Assembly (NCBI GenBank): GCA_963665125.2
Contig: CAXXUK010000001.1
Location: 1,568,001 to 1,632,000, forward strand
Direction of reading: 5' to 3'
Source of the DNA: an uncultured Desulfarculus sp.
GTDB taxonomy: Bacteria; Desulfobacterota; Desulfarculia; Desulfarculales; Desulfarculaceae
Length of the DNA stretch: 64,000 bases
Under the pieces are notes generated by a model. It saw only the letters and a list, made by a program, of their open reading frames with translations, made no database searches and was not told the DNA's origin. Positions within the stretch are counted from its first letter, which is position 1. Each line of letters opens with the position of its first letter. A program made the translations under genes and the position numbers. Below are positions 30,140 through 38,417 of the stretch, piece after piece.

Positions 30140-31401
30140 CAACAACAAATACCATCCACCTTAACTACGCCGCCAAACTGTCTAACGATTGGGGGCCACC
30201 TCTCGCCTTAGCCCCACCTTTAATTCTGCCAACGCTAGTCTAGACTCTTTATATGTGAGGCCTGCTAATGGAGCAGCTCTTGCTAAGCTATAGATTGAAC
30301 TTTCAAATCCTGGTCGACACTCAAAAACAGTATCAGAAAACAACACCCTAGAAAAATTAGCCCCCCTAATTTCCGTGTTGATCATACTTGCTTTATCCAG
30401 GTCCGCCATGTACAAATCTGCATTTATTAGTATCGCATTGTCCAAAGTCGAAGACTGAAAAACTGCGCCTCTTGCACTTATGTCTGACAAATCAGCTGCA
30501 AATAGATTTGCTCCTGAAAAATCTGAATATTCAATATTGCTATCTGTTAATATCGCCCATTTTAAAAAGGTCTTTTGAAATTTAGCGTCACGAATATAAC
30601 AATATTTAAAGTTTGATAACGGAAGAGCGGCATTAGCAAATTGTCCATACTCTATATTGGCACCCTCCCAATCAACTCCGACTAAGTTTGCATTATTAAA
30701 CTTTGCCGAAATTAAATAGCTATATTTAAAAATCGAAAATTCCAGATTTGCGTTCGAAAAATCAGCATTATCCAATTCTGCCTCAGAAAAATCATTGATA
30801 ATATTGTTGGGGTTGTCAAGCAACATACGATAATGTTTTCTCTTACGCCGCAACTTACCGTAAGGATCAAAAGTAGAAAAATGGTCTAGTGATGTTTTAT
30901 ATTCGTTTTCATTAACAAATACGAATTTTGAATTTTTTACGTAAGCCTTTTTAAAATTGACTTGCTTTAATATTGCGTGTGAGAAATTAGCGCCATCCGC
31001 TTCAACTCTCTCCATATTCGCATTGATAATTGATGCATGAAAAAAATTCGAGTTTGTTAAATCTGCTTTACATAATATTACGTTTTCGAATAATGAATTT
31101 GAGAAATCTATATTAGAGATAACCGCATTAGACAGGTCACAATTTTTTACAGTAACCCCTGACAAATTCATGTCAGAGATATTTAGCATTTGCCCTTTTT
31201 CTCCATCCGTTTTGAGCCACAACTGATGCCGTTTGATCGCTTCTGCAAATTGTTTTTTTTGCTGAAAATTACTGACATCCACGGCAAAAGCAGTAAATGT
31301 ATTGCATACCAGTAATTCAAAACTACAAAACAACACAATCGCCAAAATATTGTTTATTATTTTTTTTCGATTAGAATTTACCATCTACGTAAATAGCGCT
31401 C

Positions 31402-32067
31402 TTACTTTCTCAAATCCCTGCAATACCAAACAATCTCGCCTAAGACCTCCACGCCATCGCTGGCGTCTACCTCGATGGGCGGATAGAAGCGCTCGTTGTC
31501 CGAGGCTACGCGCAGCCTATCCGGCGCAGCCCAGGACAGGCGCTTTACCATTAGGCGGTTCTCCCAGCGCACGGCGTAGATGCCGCCGCCGTTGATATCG
31601 CGATTGTTCAGATTGATCAGGACCAGATCCCCATCGTAGAAGGTGGGCTCCATGGAGTCGCCCTTGACGAACATCAGGGCGGCGTGTTTGGGATCCAGCT
31701 GCTTTTGGCCGACAAACCAGGTGCGCTTGAAGCTCAGCCGGCTGACCGGACTTTCGCTGATAACCTCGTTGCCGTGGCCACCGGAGAGTGTGGTTTCGTA
31801 AAGGGGTACTTCGATGTAGTTATCTGACCATTGAGGTGCGTTCTGGGATTCGCCCGCCAATAGCCAATCCAAGGAAACTTCAAGAGCGGATTGTAGCAAC
31901 AATGACTTCTCGGCGTTCGGCCACTGCTTACCGTTCATGTATGCCGAGATAGTGTTCGCAGAAATTCCTGTCTTAACAGCAAGTTCACTCGCAGAGATTC
32001 CGTTATCACTACAAGCACTTCTCAGCCTGTCGCCGAATAGACTAAGTTTTATTTGAGTCGTATCCAA
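31402..32067 (-). CDS. CI-like repressor (XRE HTH plus S24 peptidase)
   Basis: N-terminal HTH; autocleavage dyad in VKGDSMEP and MVKRL; TTG start. Confidence 0.93.
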   Translation of the reverse strand: MDTTQIKLSLFGDRLRSACSDNGISASELAVKTGISANTISAYMNGKQWPNAEKSLLLQSALEVSLDWLLAGESQNAPQWSDNYIEVPLYETTLSGGHGNEVISESPVSRLSFKRTWFVGQKQLDPKHAALMFVKGDSMEPTFYDGDLVLINLNNRDINGGGIYAVRWENRLMVKRLSWAAPDRLRVASDNERFYPPIEVDASDGVEVLGEIVWYCRDLRK

Positions 32068-32104
32068 GTTTCCCTTGACCTACTCTACGCAAACTTGTAA
32101 TACT
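32065..32104 (+). promoter_or_regulatory. Probable rightward early promoter with a flanking inverted repeat
   Basis: TTGACC at 32075 and TG-n-AATACT ending at 32104. CAAGTTT/AAACTTG inverted repeat at 32065-32097. Confidence 0.45.
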
Positions 32105-32128
32105 CTTCTCACCACAAGGAGAGATTAC

Positions 32129-32371
32129 ATGTTTTTCAAATCGCGCCGCGAAGAGCGCCAGCTCACAAAAAGAGCCCTTGTCAATATCCAGAACGACCTG
32201 GACTCCATCAGAAGGAGTCTGTTGGAGCTCGTACTAATTATTGGCGTCGAGTCATCCAACCCTGTCATCAAGCAAGATTGCCTTCTTCGTATCCAACAAT
32301 TCAACGCCCTCATTCGAGAAAAGCTCAACCGATATGAGCGCATGCAAAAAGAAGGCTGGGACTCCTTTTAA
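32129..32371 (+). CDS. Phage hypothetical protein
   Basis: 80-aa ORF after AAGGAG; first gene divergent from the repressor. Confidence 0.6.
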   Translation: MFFKSRREERQLTKRALVNIQNDLDSIRRSLLELVLIIGVESSNPVIKQDCLLRIQQFNALIREKLNRYERMQKEGWDSF

Positions 32372-32408
32372 TCGTTCAGTCTCACTGAACTTTATCGAGG
32401 ATATCACA

Positions 32409-32693
32409 ATGAATAACCTTACCCAAAGCGATTTGAACGGCCTCACGCCTGCCCAGCGCAAGCGTTTGCAGCAGGCTCTTGATATCGACCGGGCCACTTT
32501 GATCAATCGTCTCCTGGCCCAGGTCGGCCTCAACCAGTCCCTGGTTTCGCGCCGATACAACGTGCCGCTTTCTTCCATCAACCAGACCATCACCGGCAAA
32601 CGCCCCAACCCCAAGGTGCGCCGGATCCTGGCGGACGCCACCGGCATGCCCGAAGAGGTGCTCTTCGACCACCAAGACCGGGTTGCCGCATAG
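32409..32693 (+). CDS. Cro/Ner-like HTH protein
   Basis: HTH-like segment GLNQSLVSRRYNVPLSSINQTITG; GAGG RBS; position opposite CI. Confidence 0.7.
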   Translation: MNNLTQSDLNGLTPAQRKRLQQALDIDRATLINRLLAQVGLNQSLVSRRYNVPLSSINQTITGKRPNPKVRRILADATGMPEEVLFDHQDRVAA

Positions 32694-32782
32694 GGCTGTA
32701 TTTTCGCCGCGCTGTTCATGGCTCCATCATGCAGCGCCCATGGATGCAGGACTACACAAATGCTCACTGAGGTTTTGGGTAA

Positions 32783-33268
32783 ATGAATCTGGACATGCAG
32801 GATATCGGCCCTCTGATCAAAGACGAGATCGTCTACGGCGATGACCCAGGCTGCCAAGGGGCGGTCAGGCGCATAGCCGCCATCATTGGCCGGTCCGAAT
32901 GGACCGTGCGCGACTACCTGGAAGGCCGTATCAAGATGACCCTGACTTTTCTGCACGCCGCTGTGCGGGCTACCGGCGGCAACCCGCGCATCAGGCGCTT
33001 TCTGGAGCCCGAAGGCTTTGTCCTGGTGGCTGATGACAGCAGCGTCCAGCCGGACAAGGACGCCGAAGGCGAACTTCTGGACGACGTGGAGCGCATGGGC
33101 GCCCTGGCCGTCACCGTTCGCGCCCTGGTCCGCAAAGGGACCATCACCAAGTCCGACGCCCGGCGGGTTGAACAGTGCATCCGTCAATCCGACGAGGAAT
33201 GGCGTCAGACCAAGGCCGCAATTCAAGAACTCATAGCGGGCAAAACCCAACTAACGGTTGCCCTTTGA
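32783..33268 (+). CDS. CII-like phage regulatory protein
   Basis: HTH-like AVRRIAAIIGRSEWTVRDYLEG, C-terminal GTITKSDA helix, and position after cro. Confidence 0.6.
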   Translation: MNLDMQDIGPLIKDEIVYGDDPGCQGAVRRIAAIIGRSEWTVRDYLEGRIKMTLTFLHAAVRATGGNPRIRRFLEPEGFVLVADDSSVQPDKDAEGELLDDVERMGALAVTVRALVRKGTITKSDARRVEQCIRQSDEEWRQTKAAIQELIAGKTQLTVAL

Positions 33269-33290
33269 CAATACCCAAAGGAGGAAACCC

Positions 33291-33593
33291 ATGGACCGTA
33301 GTGACCTCGAAGACCTGAAAGAAATGCTGGAGATCGTTACCACCGTTGCGCCTCTGGTCATCAAGGCGGTGCTGCCGACGCTCACCGGCGAGATCGGCCC
33401 GGCTCTGGGCAAAATCTACAGCGGCGTTACCGAGTTCATCGACAACGAAACCATCAAGTCCATCAAGCGGTTTGAGGCCGCCGGGCTTGATATCACCGAT
33501 GCCGTTGCCTTGGCCATGAAAAGCAAGAGCCAGAGCCTGGATGCTTTGACTGGTGTTGGCCGGGCCCACCTGGCCACCCGCAAAGCAGCTTGA
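33291..33593 (+). CDS. Phage hypothetical protein
   Basis: Strong AAGGAGG RBS; 100 aa. Confidence 0.65.
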   Translation: MDRSDLEDLKEMLEIVTTVAPLVIKAVLPTLTGEIGPALGKIYSGVTEFIDNETIKSIKRFEAAGLDITDAVALAMKSKSQSLDALTGVGRAHLATRKAA

Positions 33594-33602
33594 GCCGCAC
33601 CA

Positions 33603-33666
33603 GCCGAAACGCCGCGAATTGCGGCGTCGGTCGGGGCTGGCCTCCCGATCCTGATGATGGCAGGCC
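33603..33666 (+). ncRNA. Type II hammerhead ribozyme; predicted cleavage after C33628
   Basis: GCC-GAAA; stem III ACGCCGC/GCGGCGT; GUC site; stem I GGTCGGG/CCCGATC; core CTGATGA; extra T then GGC closing stem II; pseudoknot GGCCT (33639-43) with AGGCC (33662-66). Confidence 0.88.
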
Positions 33667-33682
33667 GAACAATAACCACTAA

Positions 33683-33732
33683 GGGCTCGGGGCGTCAGGT
33701 GTGAGTAGCATCAAAACCTACCCCCGCTGCCC
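33683..33732 (+). promoter_or_regulatory. Structured leader containing the predicted antisense target
   Basis: 33683-33710 matches 22178-22205 at 26 of 28 positions. It can fold with ACCTACCCCCGCTGCCC, leaving GTGAGTAGCA in the loop. Confidence 0.55.
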
Positions 33733-33767
33733 GGAAAGGAAACCAACTCGTGGAGGAACAACGGCAA

Positions 33768-33935
33768 ATGAGCACGCCCCGCGATTGCAATAAGTGCCCC
33801 CACTGGAAAGGCATGTCCAACCGCAAGAAGGGCACGCGCATCCCCAATGGATCAGGCAAATGCACCTGGGACCAGGGGCCAGCTACCTGCAACCCCGTGG
33901 TGGTCCGCGGGCTCATCGGCGGACGGACGAAATGA
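33768..33935 (+). CDS. Small Cys-rich phage protein
   Basis: GGAGG RBS; CNKCPHW..C..C; 55 aa. Confidence 0.6.
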   Translation: MSTPRDCNKCPHWKGMSNRKKGTRIPNGSGKCTWDQGPATCNPVVVRGLIGGRTK

Positions 33936-33948
33936 TGCCAGCCCAAGC

Positions 33949-34239
33949 CTATGCAGCGTGTGGACGCTGTACCTGTGCGCGGATCTCCGCGCCACGCTCC
34001 ACTTCGGTTATGGAGAGGTCGTGGGCGGCCTGCATGTTCAGCCAGAACTCGGGCGTGTTGCCGAAGAATTCGCCCAGGCGAATGGCCGTATCCGGCGTGA
34101 TGCCCCGCTGCTTGCCCAGAATCAGGCAAATGCGGTTGGTGGGCACGCCCAGCATTGCGGCGAACTTGTTGGCGCTCAGCCCCCTGGCCTCCAGTTCTTC
34201 GGCCAGCACGGCCCCTGGATGTGTCTTGATGCGTGTCAT
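33949..34239 (-). CDS. higA: HigA/VapI-family antitoxin with no adjacent toxin
   Basis: THPGAVLAEEL, RGITPDTAIRLGEFFGNTPEFWLNMQAAHDL; AGGAG RBS. Confidence 0.9.
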   Translation of the reverse strand: MTRIKTHPGAVLAEELEARGLSANKFAAMLGVPTNRICLILGKQRGITPDTAIRLGEFFGNTPEFWLNMQAAHDLSITEVERGAEIRAQVQRPHAA

Positions 34240-34311
34240 CTGTGAGCTCCTAATTCCTGGCTCCAACGTTAGCGCTTTTACGTTTTACGTCAAGCGTAAA
34301 AGAAAGGCGGC

Positions 34312-34668
34312 ATGAGTATGCCCGAGCAAATCACCTTAACCCCGGCAGAGGCCGCCGGCCTGGCCGCCGACCTCAAGCAGGCTGCCGCCCTGCTGCTGAA
34401 AACGGCCACCAGCTTGGAGCAGGCTTGCGGCGACGATCCGCCCACGGCGCCGGGCCTGCGTTCCCGTGTGATGGGTGCCGTGGCCAAGATCAGCACCCGC
34501 AGCCACCGGCCCGGGGCCACCTTCCGGGAGATTCAGCGCATGCTGCACACCGACCGGGCCACGGTGGGCCGCCATGTGCACGACCTGCAGGAGCAGCGTC
34601 TGCTGCATGTGCAGCCCTACAAGCCCTGGATCGGCAGGCCGACTCAGGTTGTCCTGCTGGCTCATTAG
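34312..34668 (+). CDS. Phage winged-HTH-like protein
   Basis: ATFREIQRMLHTDRATVGRHVHDLQE..GRPT. Confidence 0.6.
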   Translation: MSMPEQITLTPAEAAGLAADLKQAAALLLKTATSLEQACGDDPPTAPGLRSRVMGAVAKISTRSHRPGATFREIQRMLHTDRATVGRHVHDLQEQRLLHVQPYKPWIGRPTQVVLLAH

Positions 34669-34839
34669 GCCATGGCCTGCCCCTGGCAAATGGGCTCCCT
34701 TTGCCTGCATGGGGATCACGGCTGCGTCACCTGCTGCAATGCCTGCGGCCTGAGCCGGGGCCAGTGGCGCACCGGCAAAATGTCACGCTATTGGGCGGAA
34801 CCGTGCCCCAGGCGCTGCACCGCCCCAAAAGGAGAAACT

Positions 34840-35247
34840 ATGGAACTCAATGATCTGCTTCGGGAAGGCGAAGCCCTCAAGGCCGAGATCGACGCCAAGA
34901 AGGCCCGGCTCAAGGAAATCAACCTGAGCGTGGCCCAGAAGGCCCATTTCAAGACCGGCTCCAAGACCGGTCACGCCGTAGGCGCCGGGATCCGGGCCAA
35001 GGTCACGCTCAAGGACAACATCAAGTGGGACCAGGAGCGCTTGAAGAAGCTGCGGGAATATTACCCCGACCAGTTCAAGGACGGATTCAAGCCGGAATAC
35101 AAGCCAACGTCGGCCCAGGTCCTGGAGGTGGTGGCCGCCCAGCACAAGGACTTTGCCGATGGCGTCAAATGGGCCTGCACCGTCACGCCCGGCGCTCCCC
35201 AGGTGAGCTACGAGCCCATCGAGGAAGAGGTGCCCAATGCCGCTTAG
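34840..35247 (+). CDS. Conserved-type phage hypothetical protein
   Basis: ATG after AAGGAG; N-terminal coiled coil; IKWDQERL; overlaps the ATPase gene. Confidence 0.7.
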   Translation: MELNDLLREGEALKAEIDAKKARLKEINLSVAQKAHFKTGSKTGHAVGAGIRAKVTLKDNIKWDQERLKKLREYYPDQFKDGFKPEYKPTSAQVLEVVAAQHKDFADGVKWACTVTPGAPQVSYEPIEEEVPNAA

Positions 35248-35977
35248 CCGCGTCTCTCTGGAGGCCCTCAACCGCATCTGCTGCCTGATCATCGCTGAAG
35301 CGGGCATGGGCAAGACCTGTCTGGTGCGCACCTGCCTGGGCCAGCAGTGGCAAGACGGCAAGTGGCAGCAGGTGGAGCCTCTGGACCAGTTCAAGAAGGT
35401 GCTGATCCTGGCCGCGGAGCCCGGCCTTTTGTCGGTGCGCGATCTGGTCTTGTCCGGCCATGTGGAGGCCATCCAGGTTTCCACCTGGTCCGAAGTGGCC
35501 GAAGCCTTCAACTGGCTGGCCCACGACGAAGAGGCCAAGGCCAATTACGAGTGGATCTTCATCGACTCGCTCACCGAGATTGCCGACCGCTGCGAGGCCA
35601 GCTCCAAGGAGCGCCACACCGACGCCTACAAGATCTGGGGCGACTACACCGACCAACTCACCGGGGCCATCAAGGACTTCCGCGATCTGTCCGCCTACAG
35701 CGTGGCCTTTACCTGCCTGCCCCAGGTGGAAAAGGACGACCAGAGCAGGCGCTTCATCGGCGCGGCCATCAGCGGCCAGAAGATCAAGGGCAGGCTGACC
35801 AGCTACTTTGACGAGGTGTTCTATCTGGACGCCATGGACGACGGCTCGGGCGGCACCTATCGCGCCCTGCTCACCCAGCCTTATGAGCGCCGCCCGGCCA
35901 AGGACCGGTCCGGCCTGCTCGAACTCATGGAACCACCAAACCTTTTGCATATCAGGCGCAAGATCCTGGGCCAGTAA
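35237..35977 (+). CDS. AAA_24/Sak4-like phage ATPase
   Basis: AEAGMGKT, IFIDSLTE, YFDEVFY and AKDRSG. Confidence 0.85.
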   Translation: MPLSRVSLEALNRICCLIIAEAGMGKTCLVRTCLGQQWQDGKWQQVEPLDQFKKVLILAAEPGLLSVRDLVLSGHVEAIQVSTWSEVAEAFNWLAHDEEAKANYEWIFIDSLTEIADRCEASSKERHTDAYKIWGDYTDQLTGAIKDFRDLSAYSVAFTCLPQVEKDDQSRRFIGAAISGQKIKGRLTSYFDEVFYLDAMDDGSGGTYRALLTQPYERRPAKDRSGLLELMEPPNLLHIRRKILGQ

Positions 35978-35987
35978 GGAGGAAACC

Positions 35988-36506
35988 ATGGCTCACATAA
36001 ATGCAAACCTTGGCAACTATGACCCGGATACCGGGTTTGATCCCATCCCGCCGGGCGACTACGTGGTGGAGATCACCGACAGCGACGTCAAGAACTCCAA
36101 GAACGGCAACCTCATGGCCGTGTTCGAGTTCGAGGTGCTTGGCCCCAGCCATGCCGGGCGCAAGCTTTGGGACCAGTTCGTCCTGGAAAACGAAGTAGGC
36201 ATGCGCCGCCTGAAGGGCATGCTCATCGCCGCGGGGCACCCCAGCCCGGATTTCCTGGGCGACACCGAAGAGGTGCACGGCAAGTCGCTGGCGGTCAAGG
36301 TCAAGGTGGAGCAGAAGGACAACTTTGATCCGCGCAACCGCATCAGCAGCTACAAGGCCGCCGGCGGCGCACCGGCTGCCCAGCCCAAGCCCCAGTCTCA
36401 GCCCGCTGCAGGCCCGGCCAGGCAGCCGAGCCAGCCGACCCTGAGCAACCAGGCCGCGACCGCCGGGGCCGCTGGGCCACCGCCCTGGGCCAAGCCCGCG
36501 GCATAA
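35988..36506 (+). CDS. DUF669-like single-stranded DNA-binding protein
   Basis: FDPIPPGDYVVEI, GRKLWD, low-complexity tail ending PPPW, and position after Sak4. Confidence 0.8.
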   Translation: MAHINANLGNYDPDTGFDPIPPGDYVVEITDSDVKNSKNGNLMAVFEFEVLGPSHAGRKLWDQFVLENEVGMRRLKGMLIAAGHPSPDFLGDTEEVHGKSLAVKVKVEQKDNFDPRNRISSYKAAGGAPAAQPKPQSQPAAGPARQPSQPTLSNQAATAGAAGPPPWAKPAA

Positions 36507-36519
36507 CCCTCGAATGTCC

Positions 36520-36573
36520 GGGGCGGTTGGCCGGTAGTTCCCCCCGCTGCCACCATGGCCGACCGCCCCTTTT
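36520..36573 (+). terminator. Intrinsic terminator or attenuator inside the early operon
   Basis: GGGGCGGTTGGCC..GGCCGACCGCCCC stem followed by TTTTCTATTT. Confidence 0.65.
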
Positions 36574-36591
36574 CTATTTGGAGCGGATTTC

Positions 36592-36780
36592 ATGAGCGAC
36601 ATTACCAAGTGCGGCAACCACGACTGCCCCCGCAAATACGACTGCCTGCGTTACACGGCCCGGCCCGATCTCTACCAGAGCTGGGCCAGGTTCATCGGCG
36701 GCGCCGACTGCGAAGGCTTCATTGATGACACCCGGCTGGACGAGCCCGCCCAGTGCGAAGACGGCGCCTGTCATCTGTAG
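36592..36780 (+). CDS. Small Cys-rich phage protein
   Basis: GGAG RBS; MSDITKC..CP...CLRY. Confidence 0.65.
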   Translation: MSDITKCGNHDCPRKYDCLRYTARPDLYQSWARFIGGADCEGFIDDTRLDEPAQCEDGACHL

Positions 36781-36783
36781 ACC

Positions 36784-38403
36784 ATGGCCTATGAACTCAG
36801 ACCATACCAGGATCAGGCCCTTGACGACGTGTTCAAGGCCATGCTGCGCGAGCGCTTTGTGCTCCTGCAGGCCGCCACGGGCGCGGGCAAGACCATTCTG
36901 TTCAGTGAGCTGACCAAGCGCTTTCTGCAGCGCTACGAGATGCGGGTTTTGATCCTGGCCCACCGTGAGCTTTTGGTGAGCCAGAGCCATGACAAGCTGG
37001 TCAAGGTCTGGCCCCAGGCCGAGCTTCAAACCGGCCTGGCCTGCTCGAGCATCGGCGCCGTGGATATGGACCGGCCCATTACCATCGGCTCGCCTCAGAC
37101 CCTTGTAAACCGGCTGGGGGAAATGCCCCCGGTGGATTTGGTCATCGTGGACGAATGCCACCGGGTGCCCCCGGCCAACGTTGCCAGCCAGTATCAGGCC
37201 CTGTTGGAGGTGCTCACGGGCTACAACTCCGATATGCGGGTGCTGGGCGTCACGGCCACGCCGTTTCGCCTGGGCCACGGCTACATTTACGGCAGCCAGT
37301 GCCGCACGGGTTCGCGCAACTGGTGGCAGACCCTGCATTCGCGCATCGGCATAGCCGACCTGGTGGACCTGGGCTTTCTGGCGCCGTATCGCGGCAAGAC
37401 CGCCGTGAACATGGGCGAAGAACTTAAGCAGGTCAAGAAATCAGCCGGTGACTTCAACCTGCAGCAGTTGGGCGATCTCATGGGCCGGGAAGTGCATATC
37501 CATGGCGCCGTGCAGGCCTACGAGGAATACGGCGAAGGGCGAGAGCACATAGTGGCCTTTTGCGTGGTCATCGCCCATGCCCAGCGACTGGCCGACGCCT
37601 TCAACCGGGCCGGGCATCCTGCAGCGGTGGTGCATTCCCAGATGAGCAAGCGGGAGCGCCAGAAGGCCTTGGCCGACTTTGAAGCGGGCCGCGTCAAAGT
37701 CATCGCCAACGTGGGCGTGCTCACCGAAGGCTGGGACTGCGCCGCGGTTGATTGCGTGCTGATGTGCAGGCCCACCTTGAGCCCTGCCCTATGGGTGCAG
37801 ATGGTGGGCCGGGCTCTGCGCATCCACCCCGGCAAGCGGGACGCCCTGGTCCTGGATCTTTCGGACAACTGGCTGCGGCATGGAGATCCCGACGATCCCA
37901 AGGTGGAGGTGCCCCGCAAACGGGCCAAGCAAAAGGCCGAAGCAGCTGAGCAGGCCAAGTATTGCCCGGAGTGCCTGAACATAGTCAAACCCAGCGTAAT
38001 GGTCTGCCCCAAGTGCGGCTGGAAGTGGGAAGTACGGATCACCGATATCAACCGGCGGGTTGAGATGCGCGAGCTGGATAACACGCCCAGGCCCATGAGC
38101 ATCGTCAAGGCCGCGGCGGAGCCCTTCACCAGCCGGGCGGGCAACAAACTGCTGCGCGTCACCCTGGCCTGCCAGCCGGAAGGCGGCGTATTGCCGGCCA
38201 CGGTTCACCACTACTGGGATATCGAGGGCCAGGGATCGGAAGTAGGCCGGGGCAAGGCTCTGCGGCTCTGGCAAGCATATGGATCATCCCCAATGCCTCA
38301 GACGGTGGAGGAAGCCACGCTCCGCTTCGGTGAAGTGCGGCTGCCGGCCTGTGTACTGGTCAAGCAGAGCGGCAAGTATCTAAACGTTGTGGGCTATCAA
38401 TAA
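36784..38403 (+). CDS. SF2 DEAD/DEAH helicase with zinc ribbon (RadD/YejH-like)
   Basis: LRPYQ, ATGAGKT, DECH, TATP, QMVGRALR and CPEC..CPKC. Confidence 0.93.
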   Translation: MAYELRPYQDQALDDVFKAMLRERFVLLQAATGAGKTILFSELTKRFLQRYEMRVLILAHRELLVSQSHDKLVKVWPQAELQTGLACSSIGAVDMDRPITIGSPQTLVNRLGEMPPVDLVIVDECHRVPPANVASQYQALLEVLTGYNSDMRVLGVTATPFRLGHGYIYGSQCRTGSRNWWQTLHSRIGIADLVDLGFLAPYRGKTAVNMGEELKQVKKSAGDFNLQQLGDLMGREVHIHGAVQAYEEYGEGREHIVAFCVVIAHAQRLADAFNRAGHPAAVVHSQMSKRERQKALADFEAGRVKVIANVGVLTEGWDCAAVDCVLMCRPTLSPALWVQMVGRALRIHPGKRDALVLDLSDNWLRHGDPDDPKVEVPRKRAKQKAEAAEQAKYCPECLNIVKPSVMVCPKCGWKWEVRITDINRRVEMRELDNTPRPMSIVKAAAEPFTSRAGNKLLRVTLACQPEGGVLPATVHHYWDIEGQGSEVGRGKALRLWQAYGSSPMPQTVEEATLRFGEVRLPACVLVKQSGKYLNVVGYQ

Positions 38404-38417
38404 TAAGGAATGGACCA

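Larger units (their letters stand above)
28919..30203 (+). mobile_element. IS3-family insertion sequence, 1285 bp, with 3-bp target duplication CGC
   Basis: Imperfect terminal IRs AGAGGTGGACCCCAA / TTGGGGGCCACCTCT. CGC at 28916-28918 and 30204-30206. Contains orfA and orfB. Confidence 0.92.
28372..31384 (-). pseudogene. Pentapeptide-repeat protein with a C-terminal ion-channel-like membrane domain, split by IS3
   Basis: A(D/N)(F/L)xx repeats lie in 30204-31384. TM helices and a pore-like YSILSAFHFGW lie in 28372-28915. Removing the IS and one CGC copy rejoins the frame (..KVGLRRLGLTNQDR..), giving about 574 aa. Confidence 0.85.
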
